From Verrucomicrobiota bacterium (GTDB lineage: Bacteria > Verrucomicrobiota > Verrucomicrobiia > Limisphaerales > CANJSG01): a stretch of DNA of 64,000 nucleotides. Shown here piece by piece: positions 32,396 through 41,441 of the stretch. Position 1 is the first letter of the stretch; every line of letters begins with the position of its first letter. Location: assembly GCA_947476875.1 (NCBI GenBank), contig CANJSG010000001.1, forward strand, positions 25,336-89,335. Reading direction: 5' to 3'. The position numbers were made by a program, and so were the translations under genes. The notes beneath the pieces are model-generated. The model had not been told where the DNA came from. It ran no database searches and saw nothing but the letters and a program-made list of their open reading frames with translations.

Positions 32396-33229
32396 TTACA
32401 GCTCCAATAGGCCCTTCACGCGTTCGAGCGCCTTGACGGTCGCGGCGTTCAGCTTCGGAAGATCGGCCGGCCCAAGGCCAAGGGAGAGAAAGGCCCGGCC
32501 TGCCGAGGCGGTCAGGGGAAGCGGTTTGTCCCCTTCAAATCCGTGCGCGATCCAGTCCGCGAGGTGGATGATCGCGGCCATCTTCGCATGCTCTCCGGCG
32601 AGGCTCGGATCGTGATGATGCCGGACGGCCGAGTAGACCTCGGACGGGAGATTCCATCGCTCCAACAACAGGCCTCCGATCGCGGCGTGGTTGGTTCCAA
32701 TGGCGCTTTGCTCCGCCTGCCAGTGGGGAGTTCCCGCCTGGTTGGCCTTCTCCAGCAGTTCGCCGTATCGGTAGCGATCAGCCGATGCGATGACGAGCTT
32801 GCCGATGTCGTGCAGGAGTCCGGCGGTGAAGGCGGAACCCTGGGGATGGTCTGTCTTGATCGCGAGAGTCGACGCGGCCACGGCCGTGAACACGGTGTGT
32901 TTCCATAGCTTGGCCGAGTCGATCGCGTTGCCGACTCCCGGCATGGCCTTTGTCTTGGCGCCGAAGAGGGCGACGACCATGCAATAGACCTCGTAGAATC
33001 CGATGCGGGAGACGGCTTCGAACATGTCCGAAGCGGGCGCGCCGCCGAAGAAGGCCCCATTGCACTTCCTCAGGATCTCGGCGGTGAGCGAGGGATCGTG
33101 GCTCAGGAGTTCGACCACGCGGTCGATGTCGCGGTCGGGATCCCGGAAGAGCCCGAGAAGTTCGTTGAGCAACGTGGGCGCGGGCGGCAGGTGGGTCACC
33201 CGCGAGATGTATGATTCGGCTCGGTCCAT
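32396..33229 (-). CDS. HDOD domain signalling protein
   Basis: PPAPTLLNELLGLFRDPDRDIDRVVELLSHDPSLTAEILRKCN... and LLHDIGKLV, typical of HDOD. I prefer the ATG at 33229 (MDRAESY...) to the track start at 33376. Confidence 0.8.
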   Translation of the reverse strand: MDRAESYISRVTHLPPAPTLLNELLGLFRDPDRDIDRVVELLSHDPSLTAEILRKCNGAFFGGAPASDMFEAVSRIGFYEVYCMVVALFGAKTKAMPGVGNAIDSAKLWKHTVFTAVAASTLAIKTDHPQGSAFTAGLLHDIGKLVIASADRYRYGELLEKANQAGTPHWQAEQSAIGTNHAAIGGLLLERWNLPSEVYSAVRHHHDPSLAGEHAKMAAIIHLADWIAHGFEGDKPLPLTASAGRAFLSLGLGPADLPKLNAATVKALERVKGLLEL

Positions 33230-33450
33230 ATCGTGCCCGGGTCCGCTTGAAACTGATCGTTTCAAAATAGCCGGTCCGGTCTGAGAGGGATCGTCACACG
33301 CCAACGGTTCTTGAGCGGGAGCTTGCCCTGCTTCGAGCCTTTTCTTGCTCTTGAGAACCCTGTGGTTCGATTCCAAGGCGTTGAGTGCCCCACCATGGGG
33401 CGATACGGCCCGGATTGCGCCGGTGAACGCCGCGGAGCGAGTGGTTGGAA

Positions 33451-34767
33451 TCAGCGCGCGCCGACGTGGCGGACGTGGTTGGACGCCACTTCCACGAATG
33501 AACGGGCCATCCGTTCCACCGAGAAGATCGACTGGGCCGCCGCCGCCGCGGAACGACCGAGGCTTCGCGCACGCGCCGAGTCCACCAGAAGCGATTCAAT
33601 CGCGTCGGCCGTGGCCGGGATATTGCCCGGCTCGACGAGGATTCCGCCGCCGCCGGGCTCCACGAGTTCCGGAAACCCGGCGTGGCGCGGTTGGACGACG
33701 GGCAGGCCGGAAGCCATGGCTTCGATGACGTAGAGGCCGAAGGCTTCTCCGTAGAGCGCGGGCGTGCAGAACACGTCGCAACCCGCGAAAAAGGCGAGTT
33801 TGGCCTCGCGATCCACGTTCGGGAACCACTCGACGTCACCCAGAACTCCCGCGTGCCGCAGCCGTTCCTTTTGTTGGGCGACGAACGCCATGTCACCCGG
33901 CCCGCAACCACCGCCGACGTGGAGTTTCAGCGTGCGCGCTCCGAGGCGTTTCTTCAGTTCGAGGAACGTGCTCACGGCCCCGTCGAGCCCCTTCTGCTGG
34001 CACATGCGGGCGAAGTAGCCGAGGACGGGCGGACTCTTCAGCGATTCGCCGCGCGCTGTGGCGACGTCGCCATAGCCGTCCAGCTTGATGCCGTTGGCGA
34101 CGACATGGACGCGGTCGGCGCGGAGGCCGAGGCGTTTGGCCATCAGATCGCCGAAGTAGCGGGTGGGCGCGACGAAGTAGTCGCAGTCGCGCGCGCGGTC
34201 CCGCATGGCGTTCCAAGCCCGGGTGCGCAGCAGCTCGGGCATGGAATCGAGAAACGTGTCCTCGCCTTGGAGGACACAGGCGATGGGGCACTTCAGCTCT
34301 TGGCGGAGCCGACGCGCGAATCCGGCCAGAAGGGCGTTCGACAGGCACACGACATCCGGCTTGGGCTGCGTTTTCAGCCAGGCGACGAGGTCTTCCAGTT
34401 CGCGGGCCTGGTGGCCTTCCTCGCCGAGGATCATCGAGATGGCGATCTCGCCGACATCCTCCGGGCGGGTCTTGCCGGCGTGTTTGCCGGCGATCTTCAA
34501 CAGCGCGGGCGAGGTGAAGATCTTGTGCAGCCACTTGGGCGCGCGCCGATACCACGCGGACTTCTGCTCGAAGTAGACGTTGATGCCGCTGAAGAACGTG
34601 GGCGTCCCGACCGTCTGGTCCGCCTCGTCGAGGGTGAGCGGCAGATAGAGCGGGACCATCAGGGTCTGGTGGCCCTGGCGGCGCAGTTCCGTGACGAGGG
34701 CGTTGTCGCGGAAGCAGCCGCCGCAGAACATGCCGCCGGCTCCGGGTGTGATCTGGACGAGGTTCAT
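33451..34767 (-). CDS. Glycosyltransferase family 1 (GT-B fold) with Cys-rich N-terminal motif
   Basis: N-terminus MNLVQITPGAGGMFCGGCFRDNALV. C-terminal GT1 signature region (CTPALYGEAFGLYVIEAMASGLPVVQPRHAGFPELV). Confidence 0.85.
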   Translation of the reverse strand: MNLVQITPGAGGMFCGGCFRDNALVTELRRQGHQTLMVPLYLPLTLDEADQTVGTPTFFSGINVYFEQKSAWYRRAPKWLHKIFTSPALLKIAGKHAGKTRPEDVGEIAISMILGEEGHQARELEDLVAWLKTQPKPDVVCLSNALLAGFARRLRQELKCPIACVLQGEDTFLDSMPELLRTRAWNAMRDRARDCDYFVAPTRYFGDLMAKRLGLRADRVHVVANGIKLDGYGDVATARGESLKSPPVLGYFARMCQQKGLDGAVSTFLELKKRLGARTLKLHVGGGCGPGDMAFVAQQKERLRHAGVLGDVEWFPNVDREAKLAFFAGCDVFCTPALYGEAFGLYVIEAMASGLPVVQPRHAGFPELVEPGGGGILVEPGNIPATADAIESLLVDSARARSLGRSAAAAAQSIFSVERMARSFVEVASNHVRHVGAR

Positions 34768-34824
34768 CGTGACTGGGCGGGAAGCTGGCCCACACCCGGC
34801 TTCTTCGCAACGTGCCTGTTCCGG

Positions 34825-36096
34825 TCAGGCCGCCACGGCTCTAGGGGTGGAGATCTTGGGCGCGCCGTAGGGCATTTCCGCCGGCACTTCCGTCACTTCG
34901 GCGAAACGGCTGAAGAGTTCGGTGAAGTCCTTGTTCACGTCGCCGGAGAGCGCGTCGGTGATCTGGTCCTTCATCTCGGGATACTTGTCCGTCACGTCGC
35001 GGAAGGTGATGGCCGGGTCGTAGAAGGCGTAGATCAGCTTCCGCATGTTCTCGATCCCCTGCCGCATCGTGTCGCTGTAGCCGGTGAAACGCTGGGCCGA
35101 GACGTCGCCGGCCACGAGGGCTTCATGCACGGCGTCCGCGCTGAGCATGCCGCTCTTGAGCGCGAGCATCACGCCGGAGGAGAAGACGGGATCAAGGAAG
35201 CCGAAGGCGTCGCCCAGCAGCAGCAGGCCGTCCCGGCCGCAGAATTCGGAGCGGAAGGTGTATTCGCTCGTGATCCAGAACTCGCCGGTGCAGGTGCCTT
35301 GGGACAGGTATTCCTTGATCCAGGCGTTGTTCCCGACCTCGCGGTGGAACATCTCCCCGGGATCCTTCACGCCGTCGCGCGCCAGGTATTTGCCCTCGGC
35401 CACGACGCCCACGCTGACCATGTCGTTGTGCTGCGGGATATACCAGAACCAGCCCTTGTCCGGCAGGAAGGCCACGGTGGTGCCGCCCTCGGCGATCCCG
35501 GAATCGCGTTTGGCGCCCTTGTAGTAGGTCCAGACGGCGACCTTGTTCAGCTTCGGATCCTTGCGGCGCCAGTTGAATTTCACGGCGGAGAACGACTCTT
35601 TGCCCGAGCAGTCGAGCGTCATCTTGGCGTGGATCTCGTGCTCCACTCCGCCGCTGTCCCGGCCCTTCACACCCACGACGGCTTCGCCGTCCATGAGCAG
35701 GTCGGTCACGGTGAATTCCTCCCAGACTTCCGCGCCCTTCTCCTTGGCCGTCTCCATCAGCATCAGGTCGAACTCCGAGCGCAGCACCTGCCAGGTCTGG
35801 GAGATGTCCTCGTTGTAACGGGTGTTGAAGTAGAAAGGCTGCGAAGCGCGTCCGTTCTGCCCGACGAATTGGACGGAATGCTTCTTCATGAAGTGCGACT
35901 TGCGCAGGCGCTTGTCCAAACCGAGGCGTTGGAGGGGGAAGAAATTGAACGGCAGGAGCGACTCCCCGATGTGGTAGCGCGGGAACTTCTCCCGCTCGAG
36001 CAGGAGGACCTTGTGCCCCTTTTCCGCGAGCAGGGCCGCTGCGGAACTGCCGGAAGGTCCGGCCCCGATCACCACCACGTCATAGTTCGACTTCAT
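34825..36096 (-). CDS. FAD-dependent oxidoreductase of the flavin-dependent halogenase-like family
   Basis: The ATG at 36096 gives MKSNYDVVVIGAGPSGSSAA (GxGxxG). HIGESLLP, GWFWYIP (WxWxIP motif) and FLDPVFSSGV (FxxPxxSxG motif) are present. Confidence 0.75.
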   Translation of the reverse strand: MKSNYDVVVIGAGPSGSSAAALLAEKGHKVLLLEREKFPRYHIGESLLPFNFFPLQRLGLDKRLRKSHFMKKHSVQFVGQNGRASQPFYFNTRYNEDISQTWQVLRSEFDLMLMETAKEKGAEVWEEFTVTDLLMDGEAVVGVKGRDSGGVEHEIHAKMTLDCSGKESFSAVKFNWRRKDPKLNKVAVWTYYKGAKRDSGIAEGGTTVAFLPDKGWFWYIPQHNDMVSVGVVAEGKYLARDGVKDPGEMFHREVGNNAWIKEYLSQGTCTGEFWITSEYTFRSEFCGRDGLLLLGDAFGFLDPVFSSGVMLALKSGMLSADAVHEALVAGDVSAQRFTGYSDTMRQGIENMRKLIYAFYDPAITFRDVTDKYPEMKDQITDALSGDVNKDFTELFSRFAEVTEVPAEMPYGAPKISTPRAVAA

Positions 36097-36292
36097 ACGT
36101 TTCTCCGGTTGCACCCCTCCACCCTTCCGGGGTCTTGAGGCTTCATTGCGACAGATAGTATGTATGCGTATCAGTTTTGCAAGGGCGGGTCCCGCTAGAT
36201 TCGGCAGGCCTCGCTCAAGTCGGACTGTTGGCCGGTCGATTCCTAGAAAGGCCCACAATCTCACACCGACCACATCCCGCTCCGGAGCCAAC

Positions 36293-36481
36293 ATGAAACT
36301 TGTCCAACTAATCTACACCAGCCGGGCCAAGAGTCCCGTCACTCTCGACCTCGTCCGGGACATCATTCAAACGGCGGTAAAGCACAACCAGGCGGCCGCC
36401 AACACCCTCGTCGCCGCCCAGGAACTCGCCCGCCTCGCCGCCGAACTCAAGGCCGTCGTCGACCGAGCGAACATCAAGTAG
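36293..36481 (+). CDS. 62-aa ORF whose first ~35 residues resemble the start of a BLUF domain (probable truncated remnant)
   Basis: MKLVQLIYTSRAKSPVTLDLVRDIIQTAVKHNQ resembles a BLUF N-terminus (..LIYxSxA.....L..I......N). The remainder (AAANTLVAAQELARLAAELKAVVDRANIK) is not BLUF-like. A strong terminator follows. Confidence 0.35.
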   Translation: MKLVQLIYTSRAKSPVTLDLVRDIIQTAVKHNQAAANTLVAAQELARLAAELKAVVDRANIK

Positions 36482-36510
36482 CCCGCTGCGGCCGATCATT
36501 CGAATTGCAA

Positions 36511-36539
36511 AGGCCCGGACGCGAGTCCGGGCCTTTTTC
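36511..36539 (+). terminator. Rho-independent terminator
   Basis: aggcccggac-gcga-gtccgggcct followed by ttttt, 30 nt after the stop at 36481. Confidence 0.8.
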
Positions 36540-36632
36540 GTGGACTCGTTTCAGCCGCGAAGCGCGTCAAGGAACGCGAAGAGATCAACCACAGACGCCG
36601 GCGACCAAGCCGGAAGGAAACGAGGCGTGGGG

Positions 36633-36787
36633 CTGGTAGGGCGAAGGCTCCCGCCGATCCGCCTTGGGTTTTATGGACGCAAGGCAGGCTTCTCGCGGGA
36701 AGACGGGGATGCTCCAAATTGCGGCTGCTGCCTGCTTCAACAACGCAGCCTGATGACGCGGCTCGGCCGGAGCCATCGCCCTACCCA
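36633..36787. repeat. Inverted-repeat element copy D
   Basis: ctggtagggcgaaggctcccgccgatccgcc (36633-36663) pairs with gcggctcggccggagccatcgccctaccca (36758-36787). Lies between the terminator and the MFS gene. Confidence 0.7.
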
Positions 36788-37010
36788 CCACCCAACCACG
36801 CAGCCGCCGATGTGAATCGGCGCTGCTGTTTCGGCGACCCGGCGCAGTCTCGGGCCGCCTCGGCGTCTTCCTCTTGGCGGGCCTGAACAAATCCGTCCAG
36901 CGGATCGAGGTCGCCGCGAAAGGCGAATCGGAAGCGGCATCCCATCCCGGCGGTTTTGGTTGCGTGCGGCACTGGATTCCCGTTTGGCCGTCTGCCACGC
37001 TATCCGGACG

Positions 37011-38246
37011 ATGCGTGAGCGGAAGCCGGCCCTGATCTTCATCTTCTTCACCCTGTTCCTCGATATCCTCGGGATCGGGCTGATCATCCCGATCCTGCCC
37101 AAGCTGGTGGAGAAACTCCAAGGCGGCGACGTGGCGGCGGCGGCCCACACCGTCGGCATTCTTTCCGCGCTCTACGCCGCCATGCAGTTCGTCTTCGCAC
37201 CGATCCTCGGGAGCCTCTCGGATCGTTACGGTCGCCGCCCGGTCATCCTCGGTTCGCTCTTCGGCTCCGGGCTCGACTACATCCTGCTGGCCTTCGCGCC
37301 GACCCTTTCGTTGTTCTACGTCGGCCGCATCGTCGCCGGGATCACCGGGGCCAACATCACCGCCGCCAGCGCCTACATCGCCGATGTGAGCCCGCCGGAG
37401 AAACGCGCGGCCAACTTCGGCATCATCGGCGCCGCGTTCGGCCTCGGGTTCATCGCCGGGCCGGCGCTCGGGGGATTCCTCGGGAGCAAGGATCTGCGGC
37501 TGCCGTTTCTCGTCGCGGCCGGACTGACCATGGCCAACTGGCTCTACGGCTACTTCGTCCTGCCGGAATCCTTGGCGAAGGAGAACCGGCGGAACTTTTC
37601 ATGGCGCCGGGCCAATCCGATCGGATCGCTCGCGGCCTTGCGGCGTTATCCCGTCGTCGCCGGACTCGCCGGCACGTCCTTCCTGCTGAACCTCTCGCAG
37701 TTCTCCCTGCACGCGACGTGGGTGCTCTACACGGGCCACCGCTACGGCTGGAATCCCGGACAAGTCGGCTGGTCCCTTGCGACCGTCGGCATCATGGCGG
37801 CCGTGGTCCAGGGCGGCCTCACGCGGCGGATCATCCCCGCGATCGGCGAGAAGAAGGCGCTGACCATCGGCCTGATGCTCGGGGCCTTCAGCATGTTCGG
37901 CTACGGGCTGGCGACGGAGGGTTGGATGATCTACGTGATCCTCCTGGTCGGAAGCACCGGCGGCATCGCGGGGCCGGCGTCGCAGGGGCTCATCTCGCGC
38001 AACGTGGCGGACAACGAACAGGGCGCGGTGCAGGGCGCGCTCACCAGCCTGTCGAGCATCGCGGGCATCTTCGGCCCTCTCATCGGCACGTCGCTCTTCG
38101 GATACTTCATCAGCCCAGGTGCGCCGGTCCAACTGCCCGGTGCGCCGTTCCTTGTCGGCGGCGTGCTCACGCTGGTCGCGCTCTTCCTCGCGCTGCGAAC
38201 TTTGGCCAGACACCCAAGCGCGGCGAAGCCGGCGAACGTCGTCTGA
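37011..38246 (+). CDS. MFS efflux transporter, TetA/TCR (tetracycline-resistance-like) family
   Basis: [33 protein letters not shown], motif [15 protein letters not shown], and 12 predicted TM helices. The ATG at 37011 is preferred. Confidence 0.85.
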   Translation: MRERKPALIFIFFTLFLDILGIGLIIPILPKLVEKLQGGDVAAAAHTVGILSALYAAMQFVFAPILGSLSDRYGRRPVILGSLFGSGLDYILLAFAPTLSLFYVGRIVAGITGANITAASAYIADVSPPEKRAANFGIIGAAFGLGFIAGPALGGFLGSKDLRLPFLVAAGLTMANWLYGYFVLPESLAKENRRNFSWRRANPIGSLAALRRYPVVAGLAGTSFLLNLSQFSLHATWVLYTGHRYGWNPGQVGWSLATVGIMAAVVQGGLTRRIIPAIGEKKALTIGLMLGAFSMFGYGLATEGWMIYVILLVGSTGGIAGPASQGLISRNVADNEQGAVQGALTSLSSIAGIFGPLIGTSLFGYFISPGAPVQLPGAPFLVGGVLTLVALFLALRTLARHPSAAKPANVV

Positions 38247-38328
38247 ACAGAGGAGCTTCGGTCCGTGATCAGGCGGGTCGGTCGGGCATGACCCGTATCC
38301 TGGCGAGGCAGGCCAGGGATCCGGCGGA

Positions 38329-38430
38329 TCACTTCGTGGGAGCGGCGAGCAGCTTCTCGGCCTTTTCCAACAACCGCGCGCGGGCTTTGCGGTCGGCGAG
38401 TTTCCCGTCTTTGCCAAGAAGCGGCTTCAT
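38329..38430 (-). CDS. Possible 33-aa basic peptide translationally coupled to folK
   Basis: Its ATG overlaps the folK stop (ATGA at 38430-38427). Product is MKPLLGKDGKLADRKARARLLEKAEKLLAAPTK. Support comes only from the coupling geometry and a protein-like composition. Confidence 0.3.
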   Translation of the reverse strand: MKPLLGKDGKLADRKARARLLEKAEKLLAAPTK

Positions 38431-39020
38431 GGGGGATCTTCGTGGGATTGAATCAAACCCGGGCCGCCCGGCTGCTCGAGTCGCCGGATCTCTTCGTCGG
38501 TGCGCAGGTCCGCGAGAAGCGTTGCCACCAGCTGCCCCGTGCCAGGCCAGGCGAATTCCGGCGCGATCTCGGCCAGTGGCCGCAGCACGAACTGCCGCCC
38601 GGTCGCGCGCGGATGCGGCAGGGTGAGCTCCGGCGTCGACCTCGTTTCGTTGCCCCAGGCGATCAGATCCAGGTCCAATGGCCGGGGTTCGTTCAAAACG
38701 GACTTCGGCCGGCGTCCGAACTCGCGTTCGATCTCCTGGAGTTTGCTGAGCAACGATTCCGGCGTTTCGTCGACCAACGGCGTCAACGCCACCACCGCGT
38801 TGACGAACGGCGGCGAGCCCGGCGGGCAATCCACCGGTGAAGTGCTCCACAGCGACGAGCGCCGGACGCGGCCCGTCGACAATACCCCGAGTCGCTCCAT
38901 GGCTTCCGCCAGGATCGACGCGGAGTCACCGAGGTTGGAGCCCAGCGCCACGAACACGGAATGCGGAGTCGCGATTTCCTTCACGCCATGAGCTTCGCTC
39001 CGACGCCGGAAGATTTCCAC
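38427..39020 (-). CDS. folK: 2-amino-4-hydroxy-6-hydroxymethyldihydropteridine diphosphokinase (HPPK)
   Basis: VFVALGSNLGD..., RSSLWSTSPV, RPLDLDLI, and LTLPHPRATGRQFVLRPLAEI, the canonical HPPK motifs. Confidence 0.92.
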   Translation of the reverse strand: MEIFRRRSEAHGVKEIATPHSVFVALGSNLGDSASILAEAMERLGVLSTGRVRRSSLWSTSPVDCPPGSPPFVNAVVALTPLVDETPESLLSKLQEIEREFGRRPKSVLNEPRPLDLDLIAWGNETRSTPELTLPHPRATGRQFVLRPLAEIAPEFAWPGTGQLVATLLADLRTDEEIRRLEQPGGPGLIQSHEDPP

Positions 39021-39122
39021 TGGCGGATTGAACGCCGCCGATCGACCAAGGTCTTAACCCCGTCTACGGAGAAGCAATTTCCGGCCGCATGAGGGTGCGG
39101 TTGGTTGGGTAGTGGATAGGGG

Positions 39123-39159
39123 CCCGGAGGCTGGCAACAGTCTCCGGGTTTCTCATTTT
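39123..39159 (+). promoter_or_regulatory. Terminator-like hairpin plus T-tract in the leader of the metal-efflux cluster
   Basis: cccggag-gctggcaacagt-ctccggg followed by tttctcatttt, about 100 nt upstream of the ATG at 39257, in a divergent intergenic region. No upstream same-strand gene exists for it to terminate. Confidence 0.3.
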
Positions 39160-39256
39160 CAAAATCAGGCCACCCTGCCGGCCAAAAAATATTTGAGTGC
39201 GGGAGGCCTGTTCACGGTCCATATTCCCGACTGTAGACCGTCTTCATCCACCCATC

Positions 39257-39535
39257 ATGAAATCGATCCTGACACTTACCGCCGCCGCCCTGGTCCTCGG
39301 GTTCACTTCGGTCCAAGCCGCTGACAAGAAGGCCGAGGCCAAGGCAAAACCCTACAAACTCGATGTCTGCATCGTCTCCGACGAGAAGCTCGGCGAGATG
39401 GGAAAACCGGTTGTCTTCGAATACAAAGGCCAGGAGATCCAGCTCTGCTGCAAGTCCTGCCGCAAGGACTTCGACAAGGACCCGGCCAAGTTCGCCAAGA
39501 AGCTCGCCGAAGCCGAAGCCAAGGCTAAGAAGTAA
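39257..39535 (+). CDS. Secreted YHS/TRASH-like small metal-binding protein
   Basis: Signal peptide MKSILTLTAAALVLGFTSVQA. Then CIVSDEKLGEMGKPVVFEYKGQEIQLCCKSCRKDFDKDP, which matches the YHS/TRASH pattern (C...Y.G....CC..C...F...P). Confidence 0.7.
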   Translation: MKSILTLTAAALVLGFTSVQAADKKAEAKAKPYKLDVCIVSDEKLGEMGKPVVFEYKGQEIQLCCKSCRKDFDKDPAKFAKKLAEAEAKAKK

Positions 39536-39570
39536 GCTCCGGTCGGCTTTCCGCCGATCCCATATAAGTC

Positions 39571-39918
39571 ATGAACCACGCCGTTGCCATCCTCTTCAGC
39601 CTGCTGCTGATGCTCGGTGACGGCGTGTTCTCGCGTCCCGTCTCCGCGGCCGGGGACCATGCCTGCGGCATGTCCGGGAAGGCGGCCTGCGCCAGGTGCG
39701 CCTGCTGCGTAGCTCCGACCAGCAGCAGCGCCACACCCGTCCGCGAATCAAGCCCGGCACCGTCCGGCAACGAACGCCTGCAGATTCCTGCGAGCGCCTT
39801 GACCGTCCTCTACGAACTGTCGCCCGACAGTCCGTGCCTCTCCCGCTCGGCGCTGACCGAGCCCTCTTCCAGTCAGCCGGTGCCGCTGTTCCTGCGCCAC
39901 TGTCTGCTCCTTATCTGA
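39571..39918 (+). CDS. Small secreted Cys-rich hypothetical protein
   Basis: N-terminal hydrophobic segment (AVAILFSLLLMLG), then the Cys cluster HACGMSGKAACARCACC. Sits between the YHS-like gene and the outer-membrane factor gene on the same strand. Confidence 0.4.
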   Translation: MNHAVAILFSLLLMLGDGVFSRPVSAAGDHACGMSGKAACARCACCVAPTSSSATPVRESSPAPSGNERLQIPASALTVLYELSPDSPCLSRSALTEPSSSQPVPLFLRHCLLLI

Positions 39919-40064
39919 GAACAGGCCCGCACGCCTGAAGTGTCCCTGCGGCGGTCGTTGACATCCTTCATCGTGCCCAAGTCGTCCCGCCGACTGGCTT
40001 AGCCAGACAGCGGATCCCGTTCCTGACTTGTTTCCTAGCCGGCAACCTCCGGCCTCCTGTTCCC

Positions 40065-41429
40065 ATGAAAAACTCCATCCTGTTTCCTGGCGCGGCCGTC
40101 ATTCGACGTTTGATGTTGGCCACCGCCAGTTCGTGGTTCGCCCTGACCACGATGGCGGCGCCCGACACCAACCACCTCAAGCTGACCTCCGCCGTTCTTG
40201 GCTCCTACACGGAGGAGCTCCGGACCAATTCGCCCGCGATCAAGGCGGCCCAGGCACGCCGCAGCGCCGCGGAATCCCGAGTCGACGGGGTTCGCACGTG
40301 GGCCAATCCCGAGGTCTCGTTGGGCGTATCCATCGCCTCACGCCAGATGCGCGAGGACAACGGCGACCTCGTCTATGGAGTCTCACAGAGCCTGCCCTTG
40401 TGGGGGCGTGCGGCGGCGGAACGAGGCATCGCGGAATCCTCGATCCTGGCGGCATCGGCCGGCGTGGACTACCGGTTCCAGCAGCTACGGCTCGAACTCG
40501 TCCGTCAGTTGCTCCGCACCGCCCTCGCCGACCGGACCGTCGCCGTCATGGCGGAAGACCTGCGCTGGCTCGGTTCCTTGATCGACTTCGCCCGGCAACG
40601 GGCCGCAACCGGCTCGGGCACGACCGCCGAACTCCTGCGTCTCCAGAACGAGCACGACCTCCAGTCCACACGGCTTGCGTCGGAACAGGAGCTCGCCGGG
40701 CAATCCCGCTCCCAGCTCAACCGCCTCCTCGGACGCCAGGACTCCGCCGCGTGGCCGCAATTGGATCTGCCGGACCTCGGTCCCGAGCTCCGGTTCAACG
40801 ACCGTTTCCGCAGGCTGACACTCCGCAACGAGGCGAAGCTCAAACTGCTTCATCGCGCCGCGGAAACCGCGGAAGCCGAGACCGCCCTCGCCAAACGCGC
40901 CGGCAAACCCGACGTGAAAATCTTCGGCGAACTCCGCCAGTTCTCCGGCAACGGCGAAGCGCGCGAGGGTCTCCTCGGCGTCGCGATGTCGGTGCCGTGG
41001 TTCAACCGCAGCCGCTACCGGGCCGATGTGGCCCGCGCCGAGGCCGACGCCCAGGCGGCCCGGTTCGATGCCGCCGACTACGAACGGTTCGTCCCGGTGG
41101 AGGCGCATCGCGTCGCCACGCTGGCCGGCAACGCGCGTCGCGAGGTGCTCGCCTACCGCGACCGGATCCTCCCACGGACCACACAGATGCTCGAAGCCCT
41201 GCGCAGCAGCTGGGTTTCGGGCAGTGGCGATCTCGTTCCGCTCTTCGACCTCCGGCGACAGTGGCTCGATGGCCAGCGCATGATGGCCATCGCGACCGCC
41301 GAGCAATGGCAGATGCTGGCCGAGATCACCCTCTGCTGCGGACTTGCCGACCTCGAAGCGATCGAGGCGCTGAACGACCCGGCCGCCGACGCCGGATCGC
41401 ACACTCCGGATGCCGGCTCCAAACCCTGA
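40065..41429 (+). CDS. Outer-membrane efflux factor (TolC/CusC/CzcC family)
   Basis: 454 aa with a signal peptide and two OEP-type repeats (IKAAQARRSAAESRVDG..., LRLELVRQLLRTALAD..., NEAKLKLLHRAAETAEAE...). Confidence 0.85.
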   Translation: MKNSILFPGAAVIRRLMLATASSWFALTTMAAPDTNHLKLTSAVLGSYTEELRTNSPAIKAAQARRSAAESRVDGVRTWANPEVSLGVSIASRQMREDNGDLVYGVSQSLPLWGRAAAERGIAESSILAASAGVDYRFQQLRLELVRQLLRTALADRTVAVMAEDLRWLGSLIDFARQRAATGSGTTAELLRLQNEHDLQSTRLASEQELAGQSRSQLNRLLGRQDSAAWPQLDLPDLGPELRFNDRFRRLTLRNEAKLKLLHRAAETAEAETALAKRAGKPDVKIFGELRQFSGNGEAREGLLGVAMSVPWFNRSRYRADVARAEADAQAARFDAADYERFVPVEAHRVATLAGNARREVLAYRDRILPRTTQMLEALRSSWVSGSGDLVPLFDLRRQWLDGQRMMAIATAEQWQMLAEITLCCGLADLEAIEALNDPAADAGSHTPDAGSKP

Positions 41430-41441
41430 TTCTTTCCTCGA

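Noticed and set aside
33364-33374. A tRNA T-loop-like string, GGTTCGATTCC, in the HDOD/GT1 intergenic region.
   Set aside because: The flanking bases do not form a T-stem (tgtgg versus ccaag), and no acceptor or anticodon stems can be drawn. This is not a tRNA.
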